Positions 46,168-58,965 are shown, numbered from the stretch's first letter. The stretch is 64,000 nt of DNA from an uncultured Acidobacteriota bacterium (GCA_963720005.1 CAVREM010000112.1:110386-174385); one strand, 5' to 3'. A program made the numbers and translations. The notes: a model not told the origin generated them from the sequence alone.

Positions 46168-48402
46168 GTGCGTTCGTCCCGCCCAGGATCTGCGCTCCTC
46201 TTGCTGTTCGTTGTCGCTGCAATCGCGGCGGCACAGGCCTCGTCCCCGAAATTTTTCCAGGCTGCGACGCAGGCGGACTTCCTCAAGGGCGATGTCGAGA
46301 ACCTGTCGATCGACAGCCGTGGGCAGTTGCTGCTTGGTCCCGCGATCGAGCTGGTCTACGAGACCGCGTCGCCATTCATCTGGGCGATCGTGCCCGGAAG
46401 CGATGGGTCGCTCTTCGTTGGCACGGGTAACGAAGGCCGGGTCTTCAAAGTCGACGCCAAGGGCACGGGAACCTCGTTCTTTGACGCTGCCGAACTCGAG
46501 GCGCATGCGCTCGCGCCCGCTCCGGACGGCGGCCTCTACGTCGCGACCTCGCCTGACGGGAGGATTTACAAGGTCGATCGCAGCGGGAAGTCGACGACCT
46601 TCTTCGAACCTGGCGAACGCTACATCTGGGCCCTGGCCACGGATGCCAAAGGGTTCTTGTACGCCGCCACCGGTGAGAAGGGCATCGTCTACCGCATCTC
46701 CCCGGACGGAAAGGGCACGCGGTTTTATCAGGCCCGGGCGACGCACGTCACGGCGCTCGCCATCGATCGTGCCGGCAACCTGCTGATCGGAACGGAGTCG
46801 CCGGGCAGGGTGCTTCGCGTCGATCCCGAGGGCAAGGGGTTCGTGCTGCTCGACTCTCCTTTCCAGGAAATCCGCACGCTTCGCTTCGACGCCAAGGGGA
46901 TGCTGTTCGCGGCCGCCGTCAGCGGCGCCGGGGCGTCATCGGCCCCGCCGCCCCGCACCGACGAGCGTCCCGCGGAACGGCCGTCGGAGCCATCGAGCAC
47001 GCCTGTGGCCACGGTCACGACCGAGGTCACCTCGATTGCGGTCGTCGACGTGTCCGGAGGCGGATCAGCTGCGACGACGTCACGGGAGGACCGGCGCGCC
47101 GCGCGCGGAGCGGTGTACCGCATCACGCCCGACGGCCTCTGGGATGAGCTGTGGCAGTCGCGCGACGATTCGCCGTACGACATCGCGTTCGATAGTGAAG
47201 GCCGCTTGATGATTGCCACCGGCAACCGGGGCAAGCTGTTCCGGCTGGAAGGCAATCCGCCGCAGCCGACTCTGGTCACCCGTGCCGACGCGCAGCAAAT
47301 CACGGCCTTTCACCGGGATTCGCGCGGCCAGCTGTACTTTGCGACGGCGAATCCCGGCAAGGTCTTCCGCGTCGGCATGCAGCGCGCCCCGCGCGGCAGC
47401 TACGAATCCGAGCCGCGCGACGCGCAAGTGGTCGCTGCCTGGGGCGCCATCAGCTGGCGGGGTTCGACGCCGTCCGGCACCGACGTCGAGATCTCCACGC
47501 GCTCCGGCAATACGCCCACGCCCGACGACACGTGGAGCGCGTGGTCGCCGGCGTACAAGGATCGGAACGGTTCGCCGATCGTCAGCCCGAAAGCGCGTTA
47601 CCTGCAGTGGCGCGCCGTGCTCAATGGCAAGAACGAGACGCCGATTCTCACGTCAGTGACCGCTGCCTATCTCCAGCGCAACCTGCGGCCCGAGGTGCGG
47701 TCGATTACGGTCCATCCGCCCGGCATCGTCTTCCAGAAGCCCTTCTCGACCGGCGATCCGGATCTGGCCGGGTTCGAGAACCAGACGACACCCGAACGCA
47801 AGCTGACGAACGCCGCGATGACCGCTCAGGGCGCCAGCTCGCCGTCGCTCGGGCGTCGAACGTATCAGAAAGGGCTGCAGACGCTGGTGTGGCGCGCCGA
47901 CGACGACAACGGCGACGATCTGTCGTACCAGATCCGCTACCGGCGCGAGGGCGAAACGACCTGGAGGGTCCTGAGAGAGGACCTGCGCGACGAGATTCTG
48001 GTGTGGGATACGACGACGGTGCCGAACGGCACCTACTTCATGAACATCGTCGCATCGGATGCGCCGTCGAACGCTCCCGATTCGGCCCTCGCGGGCGAGA
48101 TGGACAGCGTCGCGTTTGAAGTCGACAACACCCCGCCGCAGATCACGATTCAGAGTGTCCGGACGGACGGATCACGTCCGTCGGTGACCTTCGAGGTCAC
48201 CGACGATCATTCGCCCATCCTCAGGGTCGAGTGCTCGTACGACGGTCAGGAGTGGCGAGCGGTGTTCCCCACCGATGGCATCGCTGATTCGCGAATGGAG
48301 CGGTACGACGTGGCCCTCGACCGGCCGCTTGGGCCGCGCGGGCTGACGATTCGCGTGACCGATTCGATGAATAACGTGGTGACAGCGCAGGTCGAGCGGT
48401 GA
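46168..48402 (+). CDS. Secreted beta-propeller plus Ig/FN3-like protein
   Basis: About 8 repeats of [aromatic]-x-L-A-x-D-x-x-G-x-L-[YF]-x-[AG]-T-G...G-x-[VI]-[YF]-[RK]; C-terminal WDTTTVPNGTY...VDNTPP. Confidence 0.8.
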   Translation: MRSSRPGSALLLLFVVAAIAAAQASSPKFFQAATQADFLKGDVENLSIDSRGQLLLGPAIELVYETASPFIWAIVPGSDGSLFVGTGNEGRVFKVDAKGTGTSFFDAAELEAHALAPAPDGGLYVATSPDGRIYKVDRSGKSTTFFEPGERYIWALATDAKGFLYAATGEKGIVYRISPDGKGTRFYQARATHVTALAIDRAGNLLIGTESPGRVLRVDPEGKGFVLLDSPFQEIRTLRFDAKGMLFAAAVSGAGASSAPPPRTDERPAERPSEPSSTPVATVTTEVTSIAVVDVSGGGSAATTSREDRRAARGAVYRITPDGLWDELWQSRDDSPYDIAFDSEGRLMIATGNRGKLFRLEGNPPQPTLVTRADAQQITAFHRDSRGQLYFATANPGKVFRVGMQRAPRGSYESEPRDAQVVAAWGAISWRGSTPSGTDVEISTRSGNTPTPDDTWSAWSPAYKDRNGSPIVSPKARYLQWRAVLNGKNETPILTSVTAAYLQRNLRPEVRSITVHPPGIVFQKPFSTGDPDLAGFENQTTPERKLTNAAMTAQGASSPSLGRRTYQKGLQTLVWRADDDNGDDLSYQIRYRREGETTWRVLREDLRDEILVWDTTTVPNGTYFMNIVASDAPSNAPDSALAGEMDSVAFEVDNTPPQITIQSVRTDGSRPSVTFEVTDDHSPILRVECSYDGQEWRAVFPTDGIADSRMERYDVALDRPLGPRGLTIRVTDSMNNVVTAQVER

Positions 48403-48416
48403 ACTGCTGCGTTCCG

Positions 48417-49253
48417 CTATGCCGTTCGCTTACGGGCCGCGCGCAGCGCGCGTAGGTCCAGCGGGCCTTTCGTGGCGCGGACCGTCGTCTGCGCGACGAT
48501 CCACACGACGTTCACGGCTACTGGCAGCCCGGTCATGCTCGACGGCTCGAACAGGATGCTGGCGGGCTCGAACCGCGCGCGCGAGACGGTTCCAATCAGG
48601 CCTTCCACCGCCTTCGCCTCGGCATCGTCCGACGGCACCCAACGCCCGCCAGTGGAGTTGAGGACCTCGAGGCTGTCGACGCGTCCCTCGCGCGTGACGA
48701 TGAGCGAGAGCGTGAAGTGCGCGTCCATGTCGGCCGGCGTCACCCAGATCGGTTCGTCGAGGGCGCGCGGCATTCGCACGCGAGGACTGGCGCTGACCGG
48801 ATAGAGATTGGACCCCGGGGTGGCAAACGTTCGGACCATCGCCGCCGTCGAGTCGGGACGTTCGTTGGTCGCGGCGCGCATCATCCCGAGCGTCACCGCC
48901 AGGCAGGCGATGGCGGCCGCCATCGCGCTCAGCCCGGCATAGACCAGGTGCATGTCGGCAAACGCTTCCTGTACCCAGGCAGCGAACGAGAGACGCTCCT
49001 CGGCCTTGATCCGGCTGACGACCGTCGCCTGAAGGTTGAGATCTTCTTCGACCGACATCGTCGACAGCGCGACACGCCCGGGCATCGCGTGGCGCAGCGC
49101 GTCGCGGAGCTGCCGGAGCTCGTCGAGCGCCACTGCGCACTTGTCGCACCACTCCAGGTGGGAGCTCACCGCGATCTGATCGCTGAACGAGAGCTCCTCG
49201 TCGTGATAGGCGTCCAGACGCCGCCGCGTCGCCGCGCAGGTCAGGACTTTCAT
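48417..49253 (-). CDS. ZAS anti-sigma factor with a TM helix and a TonB-C-like periplasmic domain
   Basis: HLEWCDKC; TM; LIVTREGRVDSLEVL...SRARFEPA...PVAVNVVW. Confidence 0.8.
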   Translation of the reverse strand: MKVLTCAATRRRLDAYHDEELSFSDQIAVSSHLEWCDKCAVALDELRQLRDALRHAMPGRVALSTMSVEEDLNLQATVVSRIKAEERLSFAAWVQEAFADMHLVYAGLSAMAAAIACLAVTLGMMRAATNERPDSTAAMVRTFATPGSNLYPVSASPRVRMPRALDEPIWVTPADMDAHFTLSLIVTREGRVDSLEVLNSTGGRWVPSDDAEAKAVEGLIGTVSRARFEPASILFEPSSMTGLPVAVNVVWIVAQTTVRATKGPLDLRALRAARKRTA

Positions 49254-49900
49254 TCCGCCCTCGCCTCGCGCAGCTCGTGGCGCAGCGCCTGGCGCGCGCG
49301 TGTGAGCCGCGACTTGACGGTGCCAACCGCAACCCCGAGGGAATACGCGATCTCGTCGTAGCTGAGCCCGTCGATCTCGCGGAGGACGATCGCCGTCCGC
49401 TGATCGAACGGGAGGTGATCGAGCGCCGTCTTCAGACGCGCCGCGAGTTCCTTTTGCGCCAGCATGCGATCGGGCCGCGCCTCCCCCGCCGAGACGAACT
49501 CGCCATGGGTCGCCACGTGCTGATCAAGGGAGACCTGATCGGCATGGTGGCGCCGCCGCCAGAACCGGTGCCGGTTTCTTGCCTGATTGATGGCGATGCG
49601 GTAGATCCAGGTGCGAAGGGTCGACTGCCCGCGGAAGCGGCCGATGGTCCTGAAGACGCGCAGGAAAACTTCCTGTGACAAATCGAGGGCTTCCTCACGA
49701 TCGCCCAGCAGGTTGACCGCCAGCTGAACGACCATCCGTTGATGTTCGGCGACGAGCTCCGCGCAGGCGGTCTCCTCGCCCGCTGCACACCGCTGCACGA
49801 GCGATGCTTCGCGGACGCCAACTTCAGACCAACCTGCAACGCGGGCCTGCTTCACTAAGAAGTCCCCTGTCGCCGCTGCCACGGAGCGGGTAACTTCCAC
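49250..49900 (-). CDS. ECF sigma factor (start probably at or downstream of 49900)
   Basis: EALDLSQEVFLRVF, FRGQSTLRTWIYRI, LSYDEIA...GTVKSRLTRAR. Confidence 0.94.
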   Translation of the reverse strand: MEVTRSVAAATGDFLVKQARVAGWSEVGVREASLVQRCAAGEETACAELVAEHQRMVVQLAVNLLGDREEALDLSQEVFLRVFRTIGRFRGQSTLRTWIYRIAINQARNRHRFWRRRHHADQVSLDQHVATHGEFVSAGEARPDRMLAQKELAARLKTALDHLPFDQRTAIVLREIDGLSYDEIAYSLGVAVGTVKSRLTRARQALRHELREARAE

Positions 49901-49910
49901 TATACCCAAA

Positions 49911-49938
49911 TTAGACACCCGAGCGGCCCGGAAGTTCC
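49911..49938 (-). promoter_or_regulatory. ECF (sigmaE-type) promoter, probably autoregulatory
   Basis: GGAACTT-N16-TCTAA immediately upstream of the ECF gene. Confidence 0.8.
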
Positions 49939-49962
49939 GTCGGGCTGCTAGGATAGGGCCAG

Positions 49963-51240
49963 ATGAAGCGGATGTTCGCCGTGGCCGTGCTCCTCGCGGG
50001 GGCGGCCGTCGTCGCGGCGCTCGCCTACCAGGCCGCCGCCCGGGATCGCGATTACCGGGCCTACCTGGGCCAGGGGGCCGCCGCCCTGGCCGACGACCAG
50101 ACCTTCGGCGCGATCGAAGCGTATAGCGGCGCGATTGCCCTCCGGCCCGACTCGATGCTGGCGCACCTGCGGCGCGGTGAAGCGTACCAGCACCGCACCG
50201 AGCTCGAGGCGGCCACCAACGATTTCCGCCGCGCCGCCGACCTCGACCCGTCCGCGACGCGGCCTCTCGAGGCGCTCGGCGACGTCCTCTTTCAGCGCGG
50301 GCGGTACCAGCGGTCTGCGGAGATCTACGAACGCCGGCTCGCGGTAGACAGCCTGTCGGCGCGTGTGTCGTTGAAGCTCGCCGTCGCCAGGTATCGCGCG
50401 GGGCAACTCGACCAGGCGCTTGCCGCGGCCCGCGAGGCCGTGCGCCTCGACGAGAACATGGCCGATGCGCATTACCTGATCGGCATGTGCCTTCGCGACA
50501 AGCAGCAGCCGGCCGAGGCCGCGGCCGCGCTCGAGAAGGCGGTCGCCATCTTGCCGGCGCTCGTGCCGGCTCGCGAAGAGCTCGCGGAACTGTACGCGGC
50601 GATGGGCCGCCGCGGCGACGAGCTCGAGCAGCTACAGCTCATCGCGGTGCTCGATCGGGCGCGCCCGGAACGACAGGTCGCCCTCGGCCTCGCCCAGGCG
50701 CGCGCCGGCCAGGAAGAGCTCGCCGTGCTGACGCTCGGCCACGCGCTCGATCGGTCCCCGGGTCATCCGCTGATTTACGGCGCCCTCGGGCAGGTGTGGC
50801 TCCGGCAGGCGGTTTCGCGCGGCGATGCGGTGGCGCTCGGCAAGGCGCTCGAGGCGCTCGAGCGCGCGGCCGCCACCGACGCTGCGACGAGCACGATCCT
50901 CGTGGCGTACGGCCGCGCGCTTCTGATGGACAACCAGATCGAAGCGGCTGAACGCGTGCTCATGCAGGCCACGCGACGTTTTCCGGTCGATCCTTTGGCG
51001 CTGGCGACGTATGCCCCCGTCGCTGAGCGTTTGAACCATGCGGCGGCCGCACGGACGGCTCTCATCGATTACGGCGCGCTCGTCACCGACGAACCGGACT
51101 TCGGCGCGCGCGCGGCCAGCATCGCGCGGTTGTCTCTGCGCCTCGACGATCAGGCCACGGCGGCTTCCTGGGTTGCGCGCGGGCTTGAAAAGGATCCGGG
51201 AAATGCGGCCCTGCAGGCGCTCGACACGCGCGTGAAGTAG
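49963..51240 (+). CDS. Membrane-anchored TPR protein
   Basis: N-terminal signal/TM and many TPR repeats (AIALRPD, AADLDP, AVRLDE). Confidence 0.85.
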   Translation: MKRMFAVAVLLAGAAVVAALAYQAAARDRDYRAYLGQGAAALADDQTFGAIEAYSGAIALRPDSMLAHLRRGEAYQHRTELEAATNDFRRAADLDPSATRPLEALGDVLFQRGRYQRSAEIYERRLAVDSLSARVSLKLAVARYRAGQLDQALAAAREAVRLDENMADAHYLIGMCLRDKQQPAEAAAALEKAVAILPALVPAREELAELYAAMGRRGDELEQLQLIAVLDRARPERQVALGLAQARAGQEELAVLTLGHALDRSPGHPLIYGALGQVWLRQAVSRGDAVALGKALEALERAAATDAATSTILVAYGRALLMDNQIEAAERVLMQATRRFPVDPLALATYAPVAERLNHAAAARTALIDYGALVTDEPDFGARAASIARLSLRLDDQATAASWVARGLEKDPGNAALQALDTRVK

Positions 51241-51257
51241 CTCCCCGCCTCTGAAGA

Positions 51258-52073
51258 TCACCCCAGATACTTGTTGAGTTCCGGCGTCGTGACGATGCGC
51301 TCGACGTATTCGAACGTTCCGCCCGCCTGGATTTCACGCGCGGCGTCGAGAAGTCCCTGCACGGAAGCTCGATACAGCGAGCCTGCCACGCTGATCCGCT
51401 TGACGCCAGCATCCTGGAGTTGCGCCACGGTGAATGACGCTCCACGAATGCCGGCCATGAAGTTGACTGGCCTCGAGACTGCGGTACACACCGCGCGCAC
51501 CGCGTCCAGATCTGGAAGGCCTGGTGCAAACAGGACGTCGGCGCCGGCACGCTCGTACGCCTGCAGCCGCTTGATCGTATCGGCGAGATCTCGGCGGCCC
51601 CGGATGTAGTTCTCGGCGCGTGCGGTCAGGACGAACCCGGAACCGCTCTCGCGTGCCGCGGCGGCTGCGGCTTCCACGCGCGCGGCCGCGTGGTCGAGGT
51701 CGTAAACCGGCGCGGTCCTGTCGGACGGACTGTCCTCGATCGAGCCGCCAGCGAGACCAGCCGCGGCCGCCCGCCGGATCGTTTCAGCCGCATCCTCCGG
51801 CCGATCCCCGAAGCCGTTCTCCAGGTCCCCGGCAACCGGGATGTCGACCGCCTCGACGATCGCTCGCGCGTGCGCGATGGCTTCGTCACGCGACAGCGTC
51901 CCGTCACGGCGTCCCACGACTGCCGCCGCGGCACTGCTGGATGTGGCGAGCGCCTGAAACCCGAGCCCGGCCAGGACCTTGGCGGACCCGGCATCCCATG
52001 GATTGGGGATGATGAAAATGCCAGGTTTCAGGTGTAACGCCCGGAATTGGTCGGACTTTGACGTGGTCATCAT
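51258..52073 (-). CDS. Isocitrate lyase/PEP mutase family protein
   Basis: FRALH, PNPWDAGSA, ATSS, DLENGFG, SIED, LTARAE, GADVLFAPG. Confidence 0.9.
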   Translation of the reverse strand: MMTTSKSDQFRALHLKPGIFIIPNPWDAGSAKVLAGLGFQALATSSSAAAAVVGRRDGTLSRDEAIAHARAIVEAVDIPVAGDLENGFGDRPEDAAETIRRAAAAGLAGGSIEDSPSDRTAPVYDLDHAAARVEAAAAAARESGSGFVLTARAENYIRGRRDLADTIKRLQAYERAGADVLFAPGLPDLDAVRAVCTAVSRPVNFMAGIRGASFTVAQLQDAGVKRISVAGSLYRASVQGLLDAAREIQAGGTFEYVERIVTTPELNKYLG

Positions 52074-52228
52074 TTTCCACTGGCGGCGGGGCCCCACCCC
52101 CGCCGCGAACTTACGCTGATGCCTCTCCGCCTTCGCTCGACGACTACAGCTCACGAGCTACGGCGGGCAGGCGCCGTTCCCTTGGGCGCCGAAGCGCGAA
52201 GGCGGCTCGGCTCGGCATGGCCGCAGGC
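52073..52228. repeat. Dispersed structured element, copy 2, with an ~80-nt nested insertion
   Basis: Same ends as 805-883; insertion CCGCCTTCGC...GCGAAGGCGG at about 52127-52205. Confidence 0.75.
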
Positions 52229-52240
52229 GCTGCTGTCCTG

Positions 52241-53029
52241 TCAGCGTTTCGGGTCCAACCGATTCCGCAGGCCGTCGCCGAGAAAGTTGAAGCCGAGGAC
52301 GAGCAGAGCGATGGCCAGCCCGGGAAAAATCGTCAGGTGCGGCGCGTCGAGCAGGTGCGCGCGGCCACCGTTCAACATCGTGCCCCAACTGGGCGTCGGC
52401 GGCTGCACGCCAAGCCCGAGAAAGCTCAGCGAGGCCTCGCCGACAATGGCGCCAGCCATCCCCAGCGTCGCCTGGACGACGACGGTTGGCATCGCGGCCG
52501 GCACGATGTGGCGCCAGAGAATGCGCCCGGAGCCCGCGCCGAGTGCCCGGGCGGCCTGGATGTACTCGAATTCCCGGGCCCGCAGCGCCTGGCCCCGAAC
52601 GAGGCGCGCGTAGCCGACCCAGCCAATCAGGGTGAGTGCCAAGAGAATGTTGACGAGACTCGGTCCGAGCACCGCCACGATCGCGATGGCGAGCAGCAGG
52701 CCCGGAAACGCCAGCAGCGTATCGATCACCCGGCTGATGACATCGTCGACGGCGCCCCCGAAGTATCCCGCAATCGCGCCGATGGCGGTGCCAACGCCGG
52801 CCGAGATGCCGACCACGACCAACCCGACGAAGAACGAAATCCGGGCGCCGGCCAGGACGCGCGCCAGCACGTCGCGGCCCAGCTCGTCGAGGCCGAGCGG
52901 ATGCAGTGCGGTCGGGACCTCGAGCCTGAGCGCCAGTTCCTGGAACGCCGGATCGAACGGCACGAGCCAGGGACCGATCGCCGCGGCCAGCAATCCGATC
53001 GCGACGATCGCGATCCCAGTCCTCAACAC
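52241..53029 (-). CDS. Peptide/nickel ABC transporter permease (DppC-like)
   Basis: HPLGLDELGRD, EYIQAARALG (EAA), LSFLGLG, PSWG. Confidence 0.92.
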   Translation of the reverse strand: MLRTGIAIVAIGLLAAAIGPWLVPFDPAFQELALRLEVPTALHPLGLDELGRDVLARVLAGARISFFVGLVVVGISAGVGTAIGAIAGYFGGAVDDVISRVIDTLLAFPGLLLAIAIVAVLGPSLVNILLALTLIGWVGYARLVRGQALRAREFEYIQAARALGAGSGRILWRHIVPAAMPTVVVQATLGMAGAIVGEASLSFLGLGVQPPTPSWGTMLNGGRAHLLDAPHLTIFPGLAIALLVLGFNFLGDGLRNRLDPKR

Positions 53030-53035
53030 CGCAGT

Positions 53036-53956
53036 TCACTCATAGCGGATGCGCGGATCGAGCAAGCCGTACACCACGTCGGTCAAGAGGTTCATGGCGA
53101 CGTAGGTCGCGGCGATGAGCAAGATGCATCCCTGGACCAGTGGGTAGTCGCGAAACGAGATCGACTGAATGAGCAGCCGGCCGACGCCGGGCCAGGCAAA
53201 GATGGTCTCGGTGATGACCGCGCCCGTCAGCACGGCGCCGAACTGCAGGCCGAGCACGGTCACGATCGGTACGAGGCTGTTCCTGAACGCATGGCGGAGT
53301 ACGGCGCGCCCGCGCGAGACGCCGCGTGCGCGCGCCGCCAGCACGTACAGCTCGCGCAGTTCCTCGAGCACGCTGGCGCGGGTCATGCGCGCAAGGACCG
53401 CCGCCAGCGGCGCCCCGAGCGTGATCGCGGGCAGCACGAGGTGCGCCGGCGTCCCCCGTCCCGAAACGGGCAGCCACCCGAGCGTCACCGCAAACACGAT
53501 GGCGAGGATCGGACCGAGCCAGAACCCTGGCAGCGAAATGCCGATGAGGGAGAGCGTCGTGGCGCCGTGATCCACGGCGGTGCCGGCCCGAACCGCCGCA
53601 ACGATGCCGAGCGGCACGGCGACCACGACGGCGAAGAGCATTGCCGCGAACGCCAGCTCGATCGTCGCCGGCATGCGCTCCGCAATCGCTCCCGTGACGC
53701 TTTGCCCGGTGCGCAAGGAGCGACCCAGATCGCCGGTCACTGCCCCGCGGAGGAACGCCGCGTACTGGACGTACAGCGGCCTGTCCAAACCGAGCCGCTG
53801 GCGGAGATCGACGACATCCTCGCGCGAGGCGCTCTCGCCGAGCATCGCCTGCACAGGATCGCCGGGCACGAGATGAATCAGGGAGAAAACGAGCGTTGCG
53901 ACGCCAGCGAGAACGGGGACGGTCAGCAGCAGGCGCCGCGCGATGAAGCGTATCAA
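53036..53956 (-). CDS. Peptide/nickel ABC transporter permease (DppB-like)
   Basis: PGDP, LGLDRP, GDLGRS, YVLAARARG, ETIFAWPG, RDYP. Confidence 0.92.
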   Translation of the reverse strand: MIRFIARRLLLTVPVLAGVATLVFSLIHLVPGDPVQAMLGESASREDVVDLRQRLGLDRPLYVQYAAFLRGAVTGDLGRSLRTGQSVTGAIAERMPATIELAFAAMLFAVVVAVPLGIVAAVRAGTAVDHGATTLSLIGISLPGFWLGPILAIVFAVTLGWLPVSGRGTPAHLVLPAITLGAPLAAVLARMTRASVLEELRELYVLAARARGVSRGRAVLRHAFRNSLVPIVTVLGLQFGAVLTGAVITETIFAWPGVGRLLIQSISFRDYPLVQGCILLIAATYVAMNLLTDVVYGLLDPRIRYE

Positions 53957-54477
53957 CGCTTCGGGACCCTCCAGAGAAACAATGGCCGGTAGTCGACGAC
54001 GATTTCCCGGTCCGGCTGCCAGTCGCCCATGCGGAACTGATGCGACACGATGCGCGTGCCGGGGCGCAGTTCCTTCAACAACTTGGGCCGGAGGCGTTCG
54101 TTGATCGAGGTCAAGAGGTACAGCGTGACGACCGTGGCCGCCGAAATGTCGGCCTCGAAGATATCGCCTTCGATGAAGCGGACGCGATCGCCGACGCCGG
54201 CCTCCTGCGCGCTGCGCGTCGCCTGGGCGACGAGCTTCGGGTCGAGGTCGATCCCGACGGCCCGTGCGCCAAAGCGGCGTGCCGCCGTGATCGGGATCCG
54301 GCCGTCCCCTGACCCGAGGTCGTAGACGACGTCGTTCTTGTCGACCTCAGCGAGCCGGAGCATCGCCTCGACGACTTCCTCAGGCGTGGGGACGAAATGG
54401 ATGTCAGGTGTGCGTTTCGGTTGCTGGCCCGCCGCCAGGACGGTGGCCGACAGGAGAACGGCGCCGATAGCGCGCAT
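53953..54477 (-). CDS. Class I SAM methyltransferase with a signal-like N-terminus
   Basis: FVPTP, YDLGSGDGRI, VTLYL, RIVSHQF. Confidence 0.88.
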   Translation of the reverse strand: MRAIGAVLLSATVLAAGQQPKRTPDIHFVPTPEEVVEAMLRLAEVDKNDVVYDLGSGDGRIPITAARRFGARAVGIDLDPKLVAQATRSAQEAGVGDRVRFIEGDIFEADISAATVVTLYLLTSINERLRPKLLKELRPGTRIVSHQFRMGDWQPDREIVVDYRPLFLWRVPKR

Positions 54478-54502
54478 ACGCGCGCCATTAGAGCATAAAT
54501 GG

Positions 54503-55015
54503 TCAACTCCCGCAGGCTGCTGCGAGCATACGGATGCGCTGCGGAACGACCCTTCGCACGAGGACGTCAAGCGTCCGATTGCCGTCTCCGGGGATGAAGT
54601 GCACGGACCGCGGCACCTGTGCCTTCATCGACGTACCGCCGGATTCGATCTCGACTTCGGTCCATTGCTCCTTCGGCGTGACCTTGATTTGCCCCTCCGT
54701 CAGGTCGCCCTGGAGCTTTCCGTCGATCTCGATGTAATGACCCACGTGATCGTCGACACCGTCGCGCTTGACGAGCCAGTAGAGGATGCTCGAGATGGTC
54801 CCCGAGGTGCCGACCGGTCCCGGGACCACTGTTGCGTCGGCCGTCCGCTGCCACGCGGCTTCGCCCGGTACGTTCGTCACCAGGTAACCGTCGCCATCCG
54901 CGCCGCGTACCAGGCAGCCCGTCAGCCGGATGTCGTCGTCCGCAGCCGCCGCGTTGGTTGCCGTCAGCACGACGACGACGAGAACAGCAGGCCAATTGCC
55001 TGTCCGACACCTCAT
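54503..55015 (-). CDS. Secreted hypothetical protein (LTGCL-type OB-like fold, tentative)
   Basis: SD GGAGG, signal peptide, LTGCLV...YL, HVGHYIEIDG, terminal Cys. Confidence 0.7.
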   Translation of the reverse strand: MRCRTGNWPAVLVVVVLTATNAAAADDDIRLTGCLVRGADGDGYLVTNVPGEAAWQRTADATVVPGPVGTSGTISSILYWLVKRDGVDDHVGHYIEIDGKLQGDLTEGQIKVTPKEQWTEVEIESGGTSMKAQVPRSVHFIPGDGNRTLDVLVRRVVPQRIRMLAAACGS

Positions 55016-55039
55016 GCATTCCTCCGCAACTGAAAGAAA

Positions 55040-55056
55040 TGCACGACACGTTCCCT
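55040..55056 (-). promoter_or_regulatory. Candidate sigma54 promoter
   Basis: AGGGAACGTGTCGTGCA: GG-N10-GC spacing upstream of 55015. Confidence 0.5.
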
Positions 55057-55077
55057 GGCTCGCGTCGGAAGAGGTGG

Positions 55078-55183
55078 GGCGGCCAGTTCAGGCGCTGACC
55101 CTGAAGGTCCGCACTACAGCCTCCAGGCGGACCTAGAGGTCCGCCCTACGCCAGGTGACCCAGGCGGACCTAAGAGGTCCGCC

Positions 55184-55187
<4 letters not shown>
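55078..55187 (-). repeat. Cluster of three GTAG-REPs
   Basis: GGCGGACCTAGAGGTCCGCCCTAC, GGCGGACCTAAGAGGTCCGCCCTAC and a degenerate ...GGTCCGCACTAC. Confidence 0.85.
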
Positions 55188-58593
<3,406 letters not shown>

Positions 58594-58794
58594 GGCACCG
58601 CCCTCCGGGCAGGCGCGGTGCAAGATAGCGGCCCGTGAAAATCACTCGGATTCTGGCGGTGTCGGCCCGGCGCAGTGCTGATTCTCGAGGTGCAGTCAGC
58701 GTCCGGCCTGCCAATTTCTTACCGGGGTCAGGTAAATGCCTGACTAAGGTAGGCGACTCTCTGCGTCGATAAGGTTGGCCAGGAGGTTGACCGG

Positions 58795-58965
58795 ATGAAA
58801 AACCCAGTCGTGTCGCTTCCTTCGGACCGCCGTGTCGATCGCGCCCGTGCGCTGCAGGGGGCGGTGACGCGGTTCCAGGCCTGGCAGCGATCAGTCCAGT
58901 GGCCGGCTGTCTTTCAGACTCGGCGCCGGCCTCAGACGGCGACGCGCGTTCGAACGCGCGGGTGA
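58795..58965 (+). CDS. Unannotated 56-aa basic small protein
   Basis: AGGAGG 8 nt upstream of ATG; MKNPVVSLPSDRRVDRARALQGAVTRFQAWQRSVQWPAVFQTRRRPQTATRVRTRG. Confidence 0.55.
   Translation: MKNPVVSLPSDRRVDRARALQGAVTRFQAWQRSVQWPAVFQTRRRPQTATRVRTRG

Noticed and set aside
52241-53956. dppBC without binding-protein or ATPase genes as a novel transporter
   Set aside because: Split ABC loci are common; the partners are probably elsewhere in the genome.
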